Source: Candidatus Sumerlaeaceae bacterium
Lineage (GTDB): Bacteria; Sumerlaeota; Sumerlaeia; Sumerlaeales; Sumerlaeaceae
Direction: 5' to 3'
Length of the DNA: 64,000 nucleotides
Assembly (NCBI GenBank): GCA_051003195.1
Contig: JBPCLP010000025.1
Coordinates: 96,001 to 160,000 of the forward strand
Position 1 is the first letter of the stretch; each line of letters opens with the position of its first letter. Under the pieces are notes generated by a model. That model saw nothing but the letters and a program-made list of their open reading frames with translations. It had not been told where the DNA came from and searched no databases. Both the position numbers and the translations under genes were made by a program. Below, piece by piece: positions 8,491 to 17,167 of this stretch.

Positions 8491-10068
8491 CTACCGCGCG
8501 GAGGCGGTCTGCGTCATCAACGGAATCACCGACCGTCCGCTTTCGTTCCCGCAACGGTCCACGGCCGATACAGCCAGGGCGCCAGGCTGCGCACCGCCCG
8601 CCGTATTGATGGAGTATCCGCTGGTCGCGCCGGGCACGACGTCCATGCGCCACGCACCGTTCACATGGGCATAGATCGCATAGAGGAACACGTCCTGATC
8701 CGCGCCCGATTTCCATGTCACCACGATATTACCGCCGCCATCGCGCTGTGCCTCTGCTCGCGGGGCCGCGGGGGCTTTTGAATCCAACCAGGGACATGCA
8801 GGAATCAGCGCCGGGCCCTGGTATAGCTGCGAAGAAAGCTTGTCGCTCAACCCGTCGGAGTTCTTCAGCAGTGGCTTCGCGCTGAAGAAGATATTGCCGC
8901 TGGCCCCGCGCTCGTTTCGCGTCGAGGTAATCTGCTTGATGATTTCGTCCGCTGTCCACTTACCAAGCGACACGCTGCTGGCGTAATTACCAATCCAGAT
9001 GTGACGGTTCGCGGAGTTCTGGTCCGTCCACCATTTCTGAAGGCTGCCGTAATCGTGCCCGCGTGTATCGAGCGTCCAGTAGAGTTGCGGCGCAATGTAA
9101 TCCACCCAGCCCGATTTGAGCCACTTTTTCGAATCGACATATATTTCCTGGTATGCATCCATTCCGACGGTTCCCGGCGGGTTATTTGGGCGCCAGATAC
9201 CGAAGGGCGAAATCCCAAACTTCAGCGTCGGCTTCAGCTGCTTAAGTTCGCTGGCGGTCCGCTCCACCAGCGTGTCGACATTCGATCGCCGCCAGTCGTC
9301 GCGCGACATATTTCCACCACCGCTCTGGTACGTCGACCAGCTCGCGTCGTCGGGAAACTCCAGTAGTTTTCCCGCGCTGTCCTTCTCGCGATAAGGATAG
9401 AAGTAGTCGTCGAAATGAATCCCGTCCACGTCGTATCGCTTCGCCACGTCCAGAATCACCGAGAGAGAATAGTCCTGTACGGCCTTCTGGCCGGGATCCA
9501 GCCACAGGTGCTTGCCGTAGCGTTTGACCAGATCGGGGTGAGTGTTCGAAACATGCGTCGGCGCAAACGTGGCATTCTGAACAAGCCCGGCGCGGTATGG
9601 ATTAAACCATGCGTGCAGCTCGAGCCCGCGTTTGTGGGCCTCCTGGATCGCAAACTCCAGGGGATCGTAGGCGGGCTCGGGAGCCTTGCCCTGCTGCCCG
9701 GTTAGAAAAACAGACCATGGTTCAATCGACGAAACATAGAACGCATCGCACATGGGCCGCACCTGGAAAATCACGGCATTCAGCCGCAGCGCCTTCGCCT
9801 TATCGAAAATCGCCCGCAGTTCATTTTGCTGCTGCGGCGCGGGCAACCCTCTCTGGCTGGGCCAGTCGATGTTTGCCATCGTCGCGACCCACACCCCACG
9901 GAACTCACGCGGTGGCGACGGGATCTCAGACACCGCTGCGGCCGGCTGCAACTGCGGCGGAGCGGTCACCGGCGGTACTGCACTCGCACGCTGCGCGCAT
10001 ACCAGAAAAGAAAGTATTACAGCGAGCGCAGGGCATACCTTACCAACGTAAAATAGCACACGAAGCAT
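8491..10068 (-). CDS. Glycoside hydrolase-like family 10 (YddW/DigH-like) secreted protein with C-terminal Fn3-like domain
   Basis: REFRGVWVAT...IDWP, LHAWFNPYR, YDVDGIHFDDYFYPY, FGISPFGIW, DYIAPQLYW; signal peptide. Confidence 0.9.
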   Translation of the reverse strand: MLRVLFYVGKVCPALAVILSFLVCAQRASAVPPVTAPPQLQPAAAVSEIPSPPREFRGVWVATMANIDWPSQRGLPAPQQQNELRAIFDKAKALRLNAVIFQVRPMCDAFYVSSIEPWSVFLTGQQGKAPEPAYDPLEFAIQEAHKRGLELHAWFNPYRAGLVQNATFAPTHVSNTHPDLVKRYGKHLWLDPGQKAVQDYSLSVILDVAKRYDVDGIHFDDYFYPYREKDSAGKLLEFPDDASWSTYQSGGGNMSRDDWRRSNVDTLVERTASELKQLKPTLKFGISPFGIWRPNNPPGTVGMDAYQEIYVDSKKWLKSGWVDYIAPQLYWTLDTRGHDYGSLQKWWTDQNSANRHIWIGNYASSVSLGKWTADEIIKQITSTRNERGASGNIFFSAKPLLKNSDGLSDKLSSQLYQGPALIPACPWLDSKAPAAPRAEAQRDGGGNIVVTWKSGADQDVFLYAIYAHVNGAWRMDVVPGATSGYSINTAGGAQPGALAVSAVDRCGNESGRSVIPLMTQTASAR

Positions 10069-10160
10069 GAGATATATATAATCCTAAAGAGGCCTGATTT
10101 ACTAAAAAGTTTGATAGTACAACATACGCAAAGTGGCGCTGGCAACCATTTGTGACAGCA

Positions 10161-11675
10161 CTATTCAGGTTTCATTAAAGGAAACAGGATCACGTCGCGA
10201 ATGGAAGCCGAGTTCGTCAGCAGCATGGTCAGCCGGTCGATACCAACACCCAGTCCGCTGGTCGGAGGCATGCCGTACTCCAGCGCGCGCACGTAGTCCT
10301 CGTCCATGTCCTGCGCTTCCTCGTCCCCGCCTGCCTTGGCGGCCACCTGCTCCTTGAATCGTTCGTACTGTTCCTTGGGGTCGTTCAGCTCCGAATACCC
10401 GTTCGCGATTTCCATCCCGCAGATGTACAGCTCGAATCGTTCCGCGACATACGGATCGTCTGGCTTCGACTTCGCCAGCGGGCTTACCGCCTTCGGAAAT
10501 TCGGTGATGAAGACCGGCTCGAGCAGCTGCGATTCCACCCGCGCCTCGAATATCTCGATCAGCATTTCGTGCGTGCTGCCCGGCTTTAATGGCGCATGGA
10601 AAGCCCGCACCTTTTGCAGCGTCACCTCCGCAGGGTCGGACCAACTGAAGTCCACCTGGGCCGCCTCCGGCACATACCGGCGGATCGCGTCCAGGTACGT
10701 CAGGCGCGGGAACTCCGGTCCAATGTCGATGCTCGCCTCGCCGAACGTAAAGGTCGTTGTCTGAAACACGGACTGCGCCGTAGTGCGGATCATCTCCTCC
10801 GTCAGCGCCATTGTGTCGCGGTAGTCCCAGTATGCCGTGTACAACTCCAGCATCGTGAACTCCGGGTTGTGCCGGATCGAGAGCCCCTCGTTGCGGAAGT
10901 TCCGGTTAATCTCAAAAGTCTTTTCGAGCCCGCCCACCGTCAGCCGCTTCAGGTAAAGCTCTGGTGCGATACGCAGGTACAGCGGCATGTTGAGCGCGTT
11001 GTGATGCGTCACGAAAGGCCGTGCCGTGGCGCCGCCCGCCACCGGATGCATCATCGGTGTTTCCACTTCCAGGTAACCACGAGCGTCCAGGTACTTGCGC
11101 ATCGCGCTGACAATGCGGCTGCGGTTGACGAACGTCTGCTGCACCTCGTCGTTCGCGATCAGGTCCACATAACGCTGCCGGTAGCGCGTCTCCTTATCGG
11201 TCAAACCATGCCACTTCTCCGGCAGCGGCCGCATCGACTTCGTAAGGAAATGAAAGCGCTGCGCGTGAATCGAAAGCTCGCCCGTTTTCGTGATGAACGC
11301 GAAGCCCTCCACGCCCGCCACGTCGCCCATGTCCGTGTACTCTTTGAAGACACGGTAATCTTGCTCTGGCACATCGTCGCGACGCAGGTATACCTGCATT
11401 CTGCCGCTCTCATCCTTGAGGTGGAAAAACGACGCCTTGCCCATGTGCCGGATCGTCATGATGCGACCCGCCAGCTTCAGCGGCGTCTGATCGGCGATCA
11501 GCGCTTCAGAGTTTTCGCGCACGTCACTGCTGCGATGCGTGGGCAGCCAGCGGTTCACGAACGGGTTCAGCCCCTCTGCGCGCATTCGCTCCGCCTTCTC
11601 ATAGCGGTTTCGGATTATTTCATTATGGTCGTTCAGCATCGCTTCAGGGGATTCGGTTGCGGTCGTCATGCTCAA
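10161..11675 (-). CDS. lysS: Lysine--tRNA ligase (class II)
   Basis: RYRQRYVDLI, YLRIAPELYLKRL, FRNEG...HNPEFTMLE, EYGMPPTSGLGVGIDRL. Confidence 0.98.
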   Translation of the reverse strand: MSMTTATESPEAMLNDHNEIIRNRYEKAERMRAEGLNPFVNRWLPTHRSSDVRENSEALIADQTPLKLAGRIMTIRHMGKASFFHLKDESGRMQVYLRRDDVPEQDYRVFKEYTDMGDVAGVEGFAFITKTGELSIHAQRFHFLTKSMRPLPEKWHGLTDKETRYRQRYVDLIANDEVQQTFVNRSRIVSAMRKYLDARGYLEVETPMMHPVAGGATARPFVTHHNALNMPLYLRIAPELYLKRLTVGGLEKTFEINRNFRNEGLSIRHNPEFTMLELYTAYWDYRDTMALTEEMIRTTAQSVFQTTTFTFGEASIDIGPEFPRLTYLDAIRRYVPEAAQVDFSWSDPAEVTLQKVRAFHAPLKPGSTHEMLIEIFEARVESQLLEPVFITEFPKAVSPLAKSKPDDPYVAERFELYICGMEIANGYSELNDPKEQYERFKEQVAAKAGGDEEAQDMDEDYVRALEYGMPPTSGLGVGIDRLTMLLTNSASIRDVILFPLMKPE

Positions 11676-11753
11676 TGCTATTCTTGCTTAAAGTCGGTTC
11701 GGAATCAGGAAACGTTATTCGCGTCCGGCGCGCCGTGGCACCCGGACAGGGGA

Positions 11754-12080
11754 CTACAGAACGTTCAACTGCTCGTCGAGCATGTCGATCAGGCCGTCCA
11801 CGCGTTTTCGTACGTCATCCGTCAGGCCGTGCACTGCCGACGCGTCGTCGATCATTTTGTAATACTCCACAGTCACCAGCAGGGCCGCCTGCATCGCCAG
11901 CTTGCCGGTATCTGGTGTCGTCAGCTTGCTGCTAAGGTCGCGCATGAGGGTATCCACATGCCGGGCCGCGCGCCTGAGGCGCTCGTGCTCATCCTCGGGC
12001 GCCCGCAGCCGGAAGGGCAGGTTGTAGATCTCGAACTCCAGCTTCGCCGGGCCGCCATGGTTATTGGACTCCTGGCTCAT
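11754..12080 (-). CDS. zapA: Cell division protein ZapA
   Basis: EIYNLPFRL...RAARHVDTLM...KLAMQAAL pattern; 108 aa; follows a zapB-like gene. Confidence 0.8.
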   Translation of the reverse strand: MSQESNNHGGPAKLEFEIYNLPFRLRAPEDEHERLRRAARHVDTLMRDLSSKLTTPDTGKLAMQAALLVTVEYYKMIDDASAVHGLTDDVRKRVDGLIDMLDEQLNVL

Positions 12081-12382
12081 TCGGCGCCGTGGCTGTCGAG
12101 TTCGAGTATCTCGGATTCCAGCGTGTCAATGCGGTTCAAGATCATCTTTAACCGGTCCTTGACGGTCGACTCCTTGTCATCGCGCAGGTTCAATTCCTGC
12201 TCAAGTTCGCGGATGCGCCCCTGCAACCTGACATTGTCGCTGTCCGTCTGGTTTTTCTGTTCCACCACGGCGGATAGCTCGCGATTCTGGCGCTGCAATT
12301 CCCCAATGCGGCCCTTGGCTTCGTTGATCTTGTCCACCAGGGCTGAAATCTTTTCCTCAAGGGCATCAATCCGGTCAATCAT
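12077..12382 (-). CDS. zapB: Cell division coiled-coil protein ZapB-like
   Basis: IDALEEKISALV start, uninterrupted coiled coil, ATGA overlap with zapA. Confidence 0.7.
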   Translation of the reverse strand: MIDRIDALEEKISALVDKINEAKGRIGELQRQNRELSAVVEQKNQTDSDNVRLQGRIRELEQELNLRDDKESTVKDRLKMILNRIDTLESEILELDSHGAE

Positions 12383-12511
12383 CCAGCAACGCTCCCGCCT
12401 TGCACAACTATAGTCTTACGCGCAGTGTAAAGCCGCAGCTCAAAATGGATCAAGTGAAATCGCCTGTCCTGCATGACAACTTGTTGTCAAGTAACGCGGC
12501 TGACAAGCGAC

Positions 12512-12599
12512 GGTCTACCATTAACTCGTAACCAGTTCTGTGTGCCGAATCGAGCTCAAGTCTGCCGGGCTGGTAAGGAACTACGGACTCGGCACACTG
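12512..12599 (-). mobile_element. CTAG-bounded hairpin element (family A), copy 2 with degenerate ends
   Basis: Reverse-complement homology to 4031-4122; GTGTGCCGAATC (12540-12551) pairs imperfectly with GACTCGGCACAC (12586-12597). Confidence 0.75.
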
Positions 12600-12676
12600 G
12601 TGCAGAATCTGTAATGGACAACCTGCAATACCCGTGCAGACTTCAGCTTTAATCGATTTCAGAAAGGACCAGTTAC

Positions 12677-13036
12677 ATGGCCGCGATGGAAAAGAAAAAT
12701 CTTTCTCAGCCCGATGAGACCCGCACTTTTGACAAGGGGCAGTTGGAACTCGTCACGCTTGGCGGTGTGACCTTCGGTCGCATCACGCTGCAGCCCGGCT
12801 GGAAGTGGTCCACCTGCGTCAAGCCTCTCGCGAAAACGGAAAGCTGCCAGGCCCCCCATCTGCAGTATCAGATCTCCGGCCGGATGCACGTGCGCATGGA
12901 CGACGGATCCGAGGAGGAATTCGGGCCGGGAGACGTTCTGAAGCTGCCCCCCGGTCACGACGCATGGGTAATTGGAAACGAGCCGGTCGTCGCAATCGAC
13001 ATCACGGGCATGGGCGAATACGCAAAACAAAACTGA
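12677..13036 (+). CDS. Cupin domain protein
   Basis: LQPGWKWS...SCQAPH...GDVLKLPPGHDAWVIG; AAGGA RBS upstream. Confidence 0.9.
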   Translation: MAAMEKKNLSQPDETRTFDKGQLELVTLGGVTFGRITLQPGWKWSTCVKPLAKTESCQAPHLQYQISGRMHVRMDDGSEEEFGPGDVLKLPPGHDAWVIGNEPVVAIDITGMGEYAKQN

Positions 13037-13280
13037 CACTAACATCTCACGCGGCGTCCTTATCCCACAAGACGTCCGCCCATTGCATAAGACCGTCCGG
13101 AATTCTTAATTCAACAGATCAGGTTTTGGCTTTTTCGTGCCCGTGCACGTGCCCTGATCTCGTGCACGTCAATTGTTGAACGACGCCTCCCCGGAATCGA
13201 GTGTCCGCGTTTTCAGAGGAAGTTCAACTTAGCCCTTACCGTAACTGATCTTTTGATGAAGTCTCCATGACGTTAGCAAC

Positions 13281-13307
13281 TTAATTAGTGACAACGTCAA
13301 CAGTCCC
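13281..13307. repeat. RAYT-associated motif (family R), empty copy
   Basis: TTAATTAGTGACAACGTCAACAGTCCC; inverted relative to 15494-15526 and similar to 33542-33565 plus 33702-33710. Confidence 0.7.
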
Positions 13308-13322
13308 AGATATTTTCTTCTG

Positions 13323-15491
13323 TTACGGTTCGCGTTTCGATTCGGCCTGCAAAATCCACATATACCCAATACGCATTCCACACGGTCGCGACGATTTTAG
13401 TACGAATGGCTGAGCCGATTGCTTTACTGCTGATAACTCAGCGAGCTGAGTAATTGTCGTTTCCGCCGACTTCAGCGATATCGATGTTTCACTTTCGCCA
13501 ATCATCATTGTCAGCCATCCGCCTTGGTCACCAGCCTTCATGCGCGCAAGTGCGCGCAGCTTATGGCCAACCTCCAGCCCATGCAATTTTCCGCTGACGT
13601 GCCCCGTCACGTGTCGACTTATGTCCACCACCGTCGGCGTGCTTTCCAAATCCGTCAATGCCGGCGCATCCATCACGTAGTGAAGCGTCTTGTCGCGCCA
13701 ATCAACCTCGTGATCTTCCTCACTTCTCAAATCCGCAAAATCTACATGGTCAACCAACCGCCAGCCCTTCGGCAGAAACTTCGCAGGAAGCATTTCCGCC
13801 GAACGCACGAACTCACGCGGAAATCTATACAGTTTCATGTCTGCATTGCGATCGTTCATCGGCAGGGCATCCGGAAATGTTGCCGGGTCAGCAATGAGAT
13901 CGGCGGTGTAGCACGGCGACTGCCACATCGGACTGAACATCGCCGCCACATCAGGCAACTCCTCGGTCGTCAGGCAGCGCTCAATTGCCTCAAACGGCGC
14001 GAACGCACCCTCAATTGCAGCACGCGTCAGCTCATACCCGGGCAGTTGCATGCACAGCCCGATCACGTCAAAACCGTTAATGTCGCTGAAGTACATCGGC
14101 GCGCCAGCGTCGTGGCTGATCAGCTTCTTATATGTGCCGGGCTTTTCGCGGTTCACTTTTGCTATGTAGCGCCCGATGGGAATCTGTCGCGCGGCAAGCA
14201 CCTGGGAATTGCGGATGTAGAGTTCGTGGATCTGCCTCAACGCGGGCATCGATCCTGCGACCAGCACAAGTGGTAAGAGTGCGACCGCACGTTGAAACCA
14301 GAGCTGCCCCGGCCGCTGCGACAGCCGCACTGCGGCTTTCATCAAGTTTCCCGCGCCTATTCCCGCCAAAAGAAACAGTGGCGGTACGTAGGGCTGCAGG
14401 TAACGGAATGTTCCCGTGCCAACAACGTCTCGCTGCCCTGCCATAAAACAAAATTCGACCGCGACAACAATCCATGTACACAGTATTGCCAGCCGCAATC
14501 TAATACCACACGGCCACAGACTCAGCGCCAGCAAAACGAGTGCAACCGCGCCACTTAGCAGACCAAACGTTGCTGGACCAAAACTGCCAATCAATTCGCC
14601 CGGCAGGTTCGATATCTTTTCCTGCCAGAAAGATCCCTTTTGCGACTGGTCCCGAAACGGGTCGCTCCAGATGCTGCGCAATTTCATGCTGTTCGGAATT
14701 GGGTCGCCGGTCATCATCCAGTTCAGCGACAGAAACGCCGCTAGCGGAAGTACACACAATACGCCACATATCAAAGGCTGCAGAATTGTCGATGCATGTA
14801 CTCGAGCCCGGTCGCGCCAGATCTGTAACGCTCCTGCTCCGCTTACGAATGCCCAGCACACCCCAACCGCAAGTATCGCCTCGGGCCGCAGCAGCGGCAG
14901 TGCAGCGCCGACTGCTGCAAAGCGGCTGTTCCATCTCGGTAGTTCACCGCGTTCAAGCAAATCCCATGTGCACCACATCAGCGCGATTACGCCTGCCGTC
15001 GCTATCCCGGTCTCCATCCCCGAGACCGCACCGCAAACCAGGAACCCACACACGCTCCACAGCATCGCCGTGCTCGTCGCAATCAGCGCCGTCGTGTGGC
15101 GACAAAGCAGCCGCCACAACAGATAGATCCCTGCACTCGCAGCCGCGACGTTCACGATGTGTGCAAACAGCATGATCCAGTGCTCGCGAAATCCAACTGA
15201 GTAACCGACCGTCAGAATCAGCGGATACAGAGCACTCGTCGCGCCCTTGCTATAGCCACTGTCCGGCGACCACGTATACAGCATTCCCCGCGTAAAGTTT
15301 TTCGCATACTGCGCGTGAATGTAAGCATCATCCACCAGTGCCGGCCAGATGCCCCCACCGACCCGGTAACCTGTTAATATAAACCAGATACACAGCGCAA
15401 AGAAGGTAGCAGTAGGAAGCAGCCACGCAATGCATGTTACAGTACCGTTACAAGTTTTCCGGGCAATCATCTGCATTCCAAAGAATTGCAA
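13323..15491 (-). CDS. Polytopic membrane GT-C-like glycosyltransferase with extracytoplasmic C-terminal domain; exact start uncertain
   Basis: DDAYIHAQYAKN, GATSALYPLIL, VSGMETG, LLRPE, FRYLQP and HDAG motifs. Confidence 0.7.
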   Translation of the reverse strand: MQFFGMQMIARKTCNGTVTCIAWLLPTATFFALCIWFILTGYRVGGGIWPALVDDAYIHAQYAKNFTRGMLYTWSPDSGYSKGATSALYPLILTVGYSVGFREHWIMLFAHIVNVAAASAGIYLLWRLLCRHTTALIATSTAMLWSVCGFLVCGAVSGMETGIATAGVIALMWCTWDLLERGELPRWNSRFAAVGAALPLLRPEAILAVGVCWAFVSGAGALQIWRDRARVHASTILQPLICGVLCVLPLAAFLSLNWMMTGDPIPNSMKLRSIWSDPFRDQSQKGSFWQEKISNLPGELIGSFGPATFGLLSGAVALVLLALSLWPCGIRLRLAILCTWIVVAVEFCFMAGQRDVVGTGTFRYLQPYVPPLFLLAGIGAGNLMKAAVRLSQRPGQLWFQRAVALLPLVLVAGSMPALRQIHELYIRNSQVLAARQIPIGRYIAKVNREKPGTYKKLISHDAGAPMYFSDINGFDVIGLCMQLPGYELTRAAIEGAFAPFEAIERCLTTEELPDVAAMFSPMWQSPCYTADLIADPATFPDALPMNDRNADMKLYRFPREFVRSAEMLPAKFLPKGWRLVDHVDFADLRSEEDHEVDWRDKTLHYVMDAPALTDLESTPTVVDISRHVTGHVSGKLHGLEVGHKLRALARMKAGDQGGWLTMMIGESETSISLKSAETTITQLAELSAVKQSAQPFVLKSSRPCGMRIGYMWILQAESKREP

Positions 15492-15493
15492 AA

Positions 15494-15526
15494 AATCGGG
15501 ACGGTTGACGTTTTCCCCAATTAATT
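15494..15526. repeat. RAYT-associated motif (family R), empty copy
   Basis: AATCGGGACGGTTGACGTTTTCCCCAATTAATT closely matches the reconstructed empty target of the MITE at 35028-35158. Confidence 0.75.
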
Positions 15527-15569
15527 GGATTGCATCTGCCGTTCATCTGCAGGCTGCCGTAGATCACCT

Positions 15570-15830
15570 ATCGCACGTATGGCAAGGATTGTTGTCGCGG
15601 GATGCCCGCATCACATCACCCACCGCAGCAACCTGCGCGCCGACATCTTCCTCCACGACAACGACCGCCTGCTCTACAAGTCGCTGCTCGCACAAACCTC
15701 GCGCCCGTTCGGACTGCAGATCTGGGCCTACTGCCTTTTGACAAACCACATCCACCTCATCGCCGTCATTAATTACTCAATAGAATCAGACCCAAACTCT
15801 GCACGAATTCCCGGGAATTTGCACTCGTGA
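15570..15830 (+). pseudogene. Truncated REP-associated tyrosine transposase (RAYT, IS200-like Y1), N-terminal part
   Basis: ARMARIVVAGCPHHITHRSN...IWAYCLLTNHIHL contains the HUH motif; homology appears to end near 15767, so the catalytic Tyr region is missing. Confidence 0.8.
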
Positions 15831-15879
15831 TTTTATGCACAAATGCGGCAGTCGACAGCATGACACGTGCTCAACGAAA

Positions 15880-15898
15880 CCGGCCACAACGTGGCCGG
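15880..15898 (-). terminator. Hairpin after the DinB-family gene
   Basis: CCGGCCAC-AAC-GTGGCCGG followed by a short T run on the minus strand. Confidence 0.45.
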
Positions 15899-15906
15899 AG
15901 CGGCCC

Positions 15907-16470
15907 TCACATCTCCTGCGGAAGCCGCTTTCGTAGCCACCGAATCTGGCCGCGGTGGTTCACCTCGTCTTCAAAAACGTGGAACCACATGAAATAGTAA
16001 TTCGCGGTTGCCTCCCCGAAAGGAACCACGGTTCGCAGCCAGGCATCGTCACGCTGCGCCAATTCCCCCTGCGTTCGGTTGCGCCCGCTCTCAAGGAGAT
16101 CCGTATAGTAGTCGAGATTGTGCCCGCGAATCTCCGAGCGACCCGCCTCCCCCAGGTCCAGCGCTGCGGTCCACGGACGCAGTTCTTCCTCCGAAGCAGC
16201 GCCGCGGAAAGTTTTCAGCGTGTAGAAAAACTCCACCGCCGCAATGTGCAGCAGCAGCGCGCCGATGGAATTGCTCTCCGCATCATGAACGTGGTCGAGC
16301 TGGGCCGTCGTTAGTCCCGCCACGGAGTGCAGCGTCGTGAAACGCGCATAGTTCATCATGGAGACGAGATCCGAGATACCCGGCGAAAGGCCGGCCCGCG
16401 GTCCGATCACCATCAGCTGAGAAAGGTCCTGCATCATCGCAACAGCGCCGCGCCGCGAAGCCGCAGTCAA
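15907..16470 (-). CDS. DinB/DUF664-family protein
   Basis: NSIGALLLHIAAVE and WFHVFEDEVNHRGQI metal-binding His motifs. Confidence 0.85.
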   Translation of the reverse strand: MTAASRRGAVAMMQDLSQLMVIGPRAGLSPGISDLVSMMNYARFTTLHSVAGLTTAQLDHVHDAESNSIGALLLHIAAVEFFYTLKTFRGAASEEELRPWTAALDLGEAGRSEIRGHNLDYYTDLLESGRNRTQGELAQRDDAWLRTVVPFGEATANYYFMWFHVFEDEVNHRGQIRWLRKRLPQEM

Positions 16471-16550
16471 GCCACAGCCGCACCCGCGGCTACCTCACTC
16501 ATGAATTCGCTTCGCACGTTTTTCGACGGCGGGTGTATGCTTGGCCACGT

Positions 16551-17159
16551 ATGGACGACAAGTTTCCAGAACCGCTAGAGCGACTTATCCACGAACTGTC
16601 GCGGCTGCCCACCATCGGCCGCAAAAGCGCACAGCGGCTGGCGTTTCAGCTGCTGAAATCGCCCGCGGAACAGCCGCAGCGACTGGCCGATGCGCTGCAC
16701 CATCTGCACGAACGCGTCCACTTCTGCCGTCAGTGTTTCTACATCACCGAGGAAGAGCTGTGCGCGATTTGCCGCAACCCCGACCGTGATGGCTCGCAAA
16801 TATGCGTGGTGGAGGAGCCCATGGACGTCGCGTCGTTCGAGCGCACGGGTTCTTACCGCGGGTTTTACCACGTGCTGCTGGGGCGCCTGTCGCCGTTGCA
16901 GGGCGTGATGCCCGAAGACCTGAAGATCGGCGAGCTGATGAATCGCGTTGAGCGAGCGAACGGCGAAGTCCGCGAAGTGATTCTCGCCACGAATCCGAAT
17001 GTCGACGGCGATGCGACCGCACTTTATATTTCGCGCATGCTCGAACCGCGGGGGATTTCGATTACGCGCCTGGGACTCGGGTTGCCCATGGGCAGCTCGC
17101 TCGAATACGCTGACGAGCTCACGCTGCAAAAAGCGCTCGAGACGAGAAAATCGGTGTAG
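16551..17159 (+). CDS. recR: Recombination mediator RecR
   Basis: LPTIGRKSAQRLAF HhH motif, C4 zinc finger, EVILATNPNVDGDATALY Toprim, LEYADE; start placed at ATG 16551. Confidence 0.97.
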   Translation: MDDKFPEPLERLIHELSRLPTIGRKSAQRLAFQLLKSPAEQPQRLADALHHLHERVHFCRQCFYITEEELCAICRNPDRDGSQICVVEEPMDVASFERTGSYRGFYHVLLGRLSPLQGVMPEDLKIGELMNRVERANGEVREVILATNPNVDGDATALYISRMLEPRGISITRLGLGLPMGSSLEYADELTLQKALETRKSV

Positions 17160-17167
17160 CGCGGGAT

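Noticed and set aside
10596..12413. 605-aa + strand ORF
   Set aside because: Antisense shadow of lysS/zapA/zapB in GC-rich DNA; no recognisable motifs
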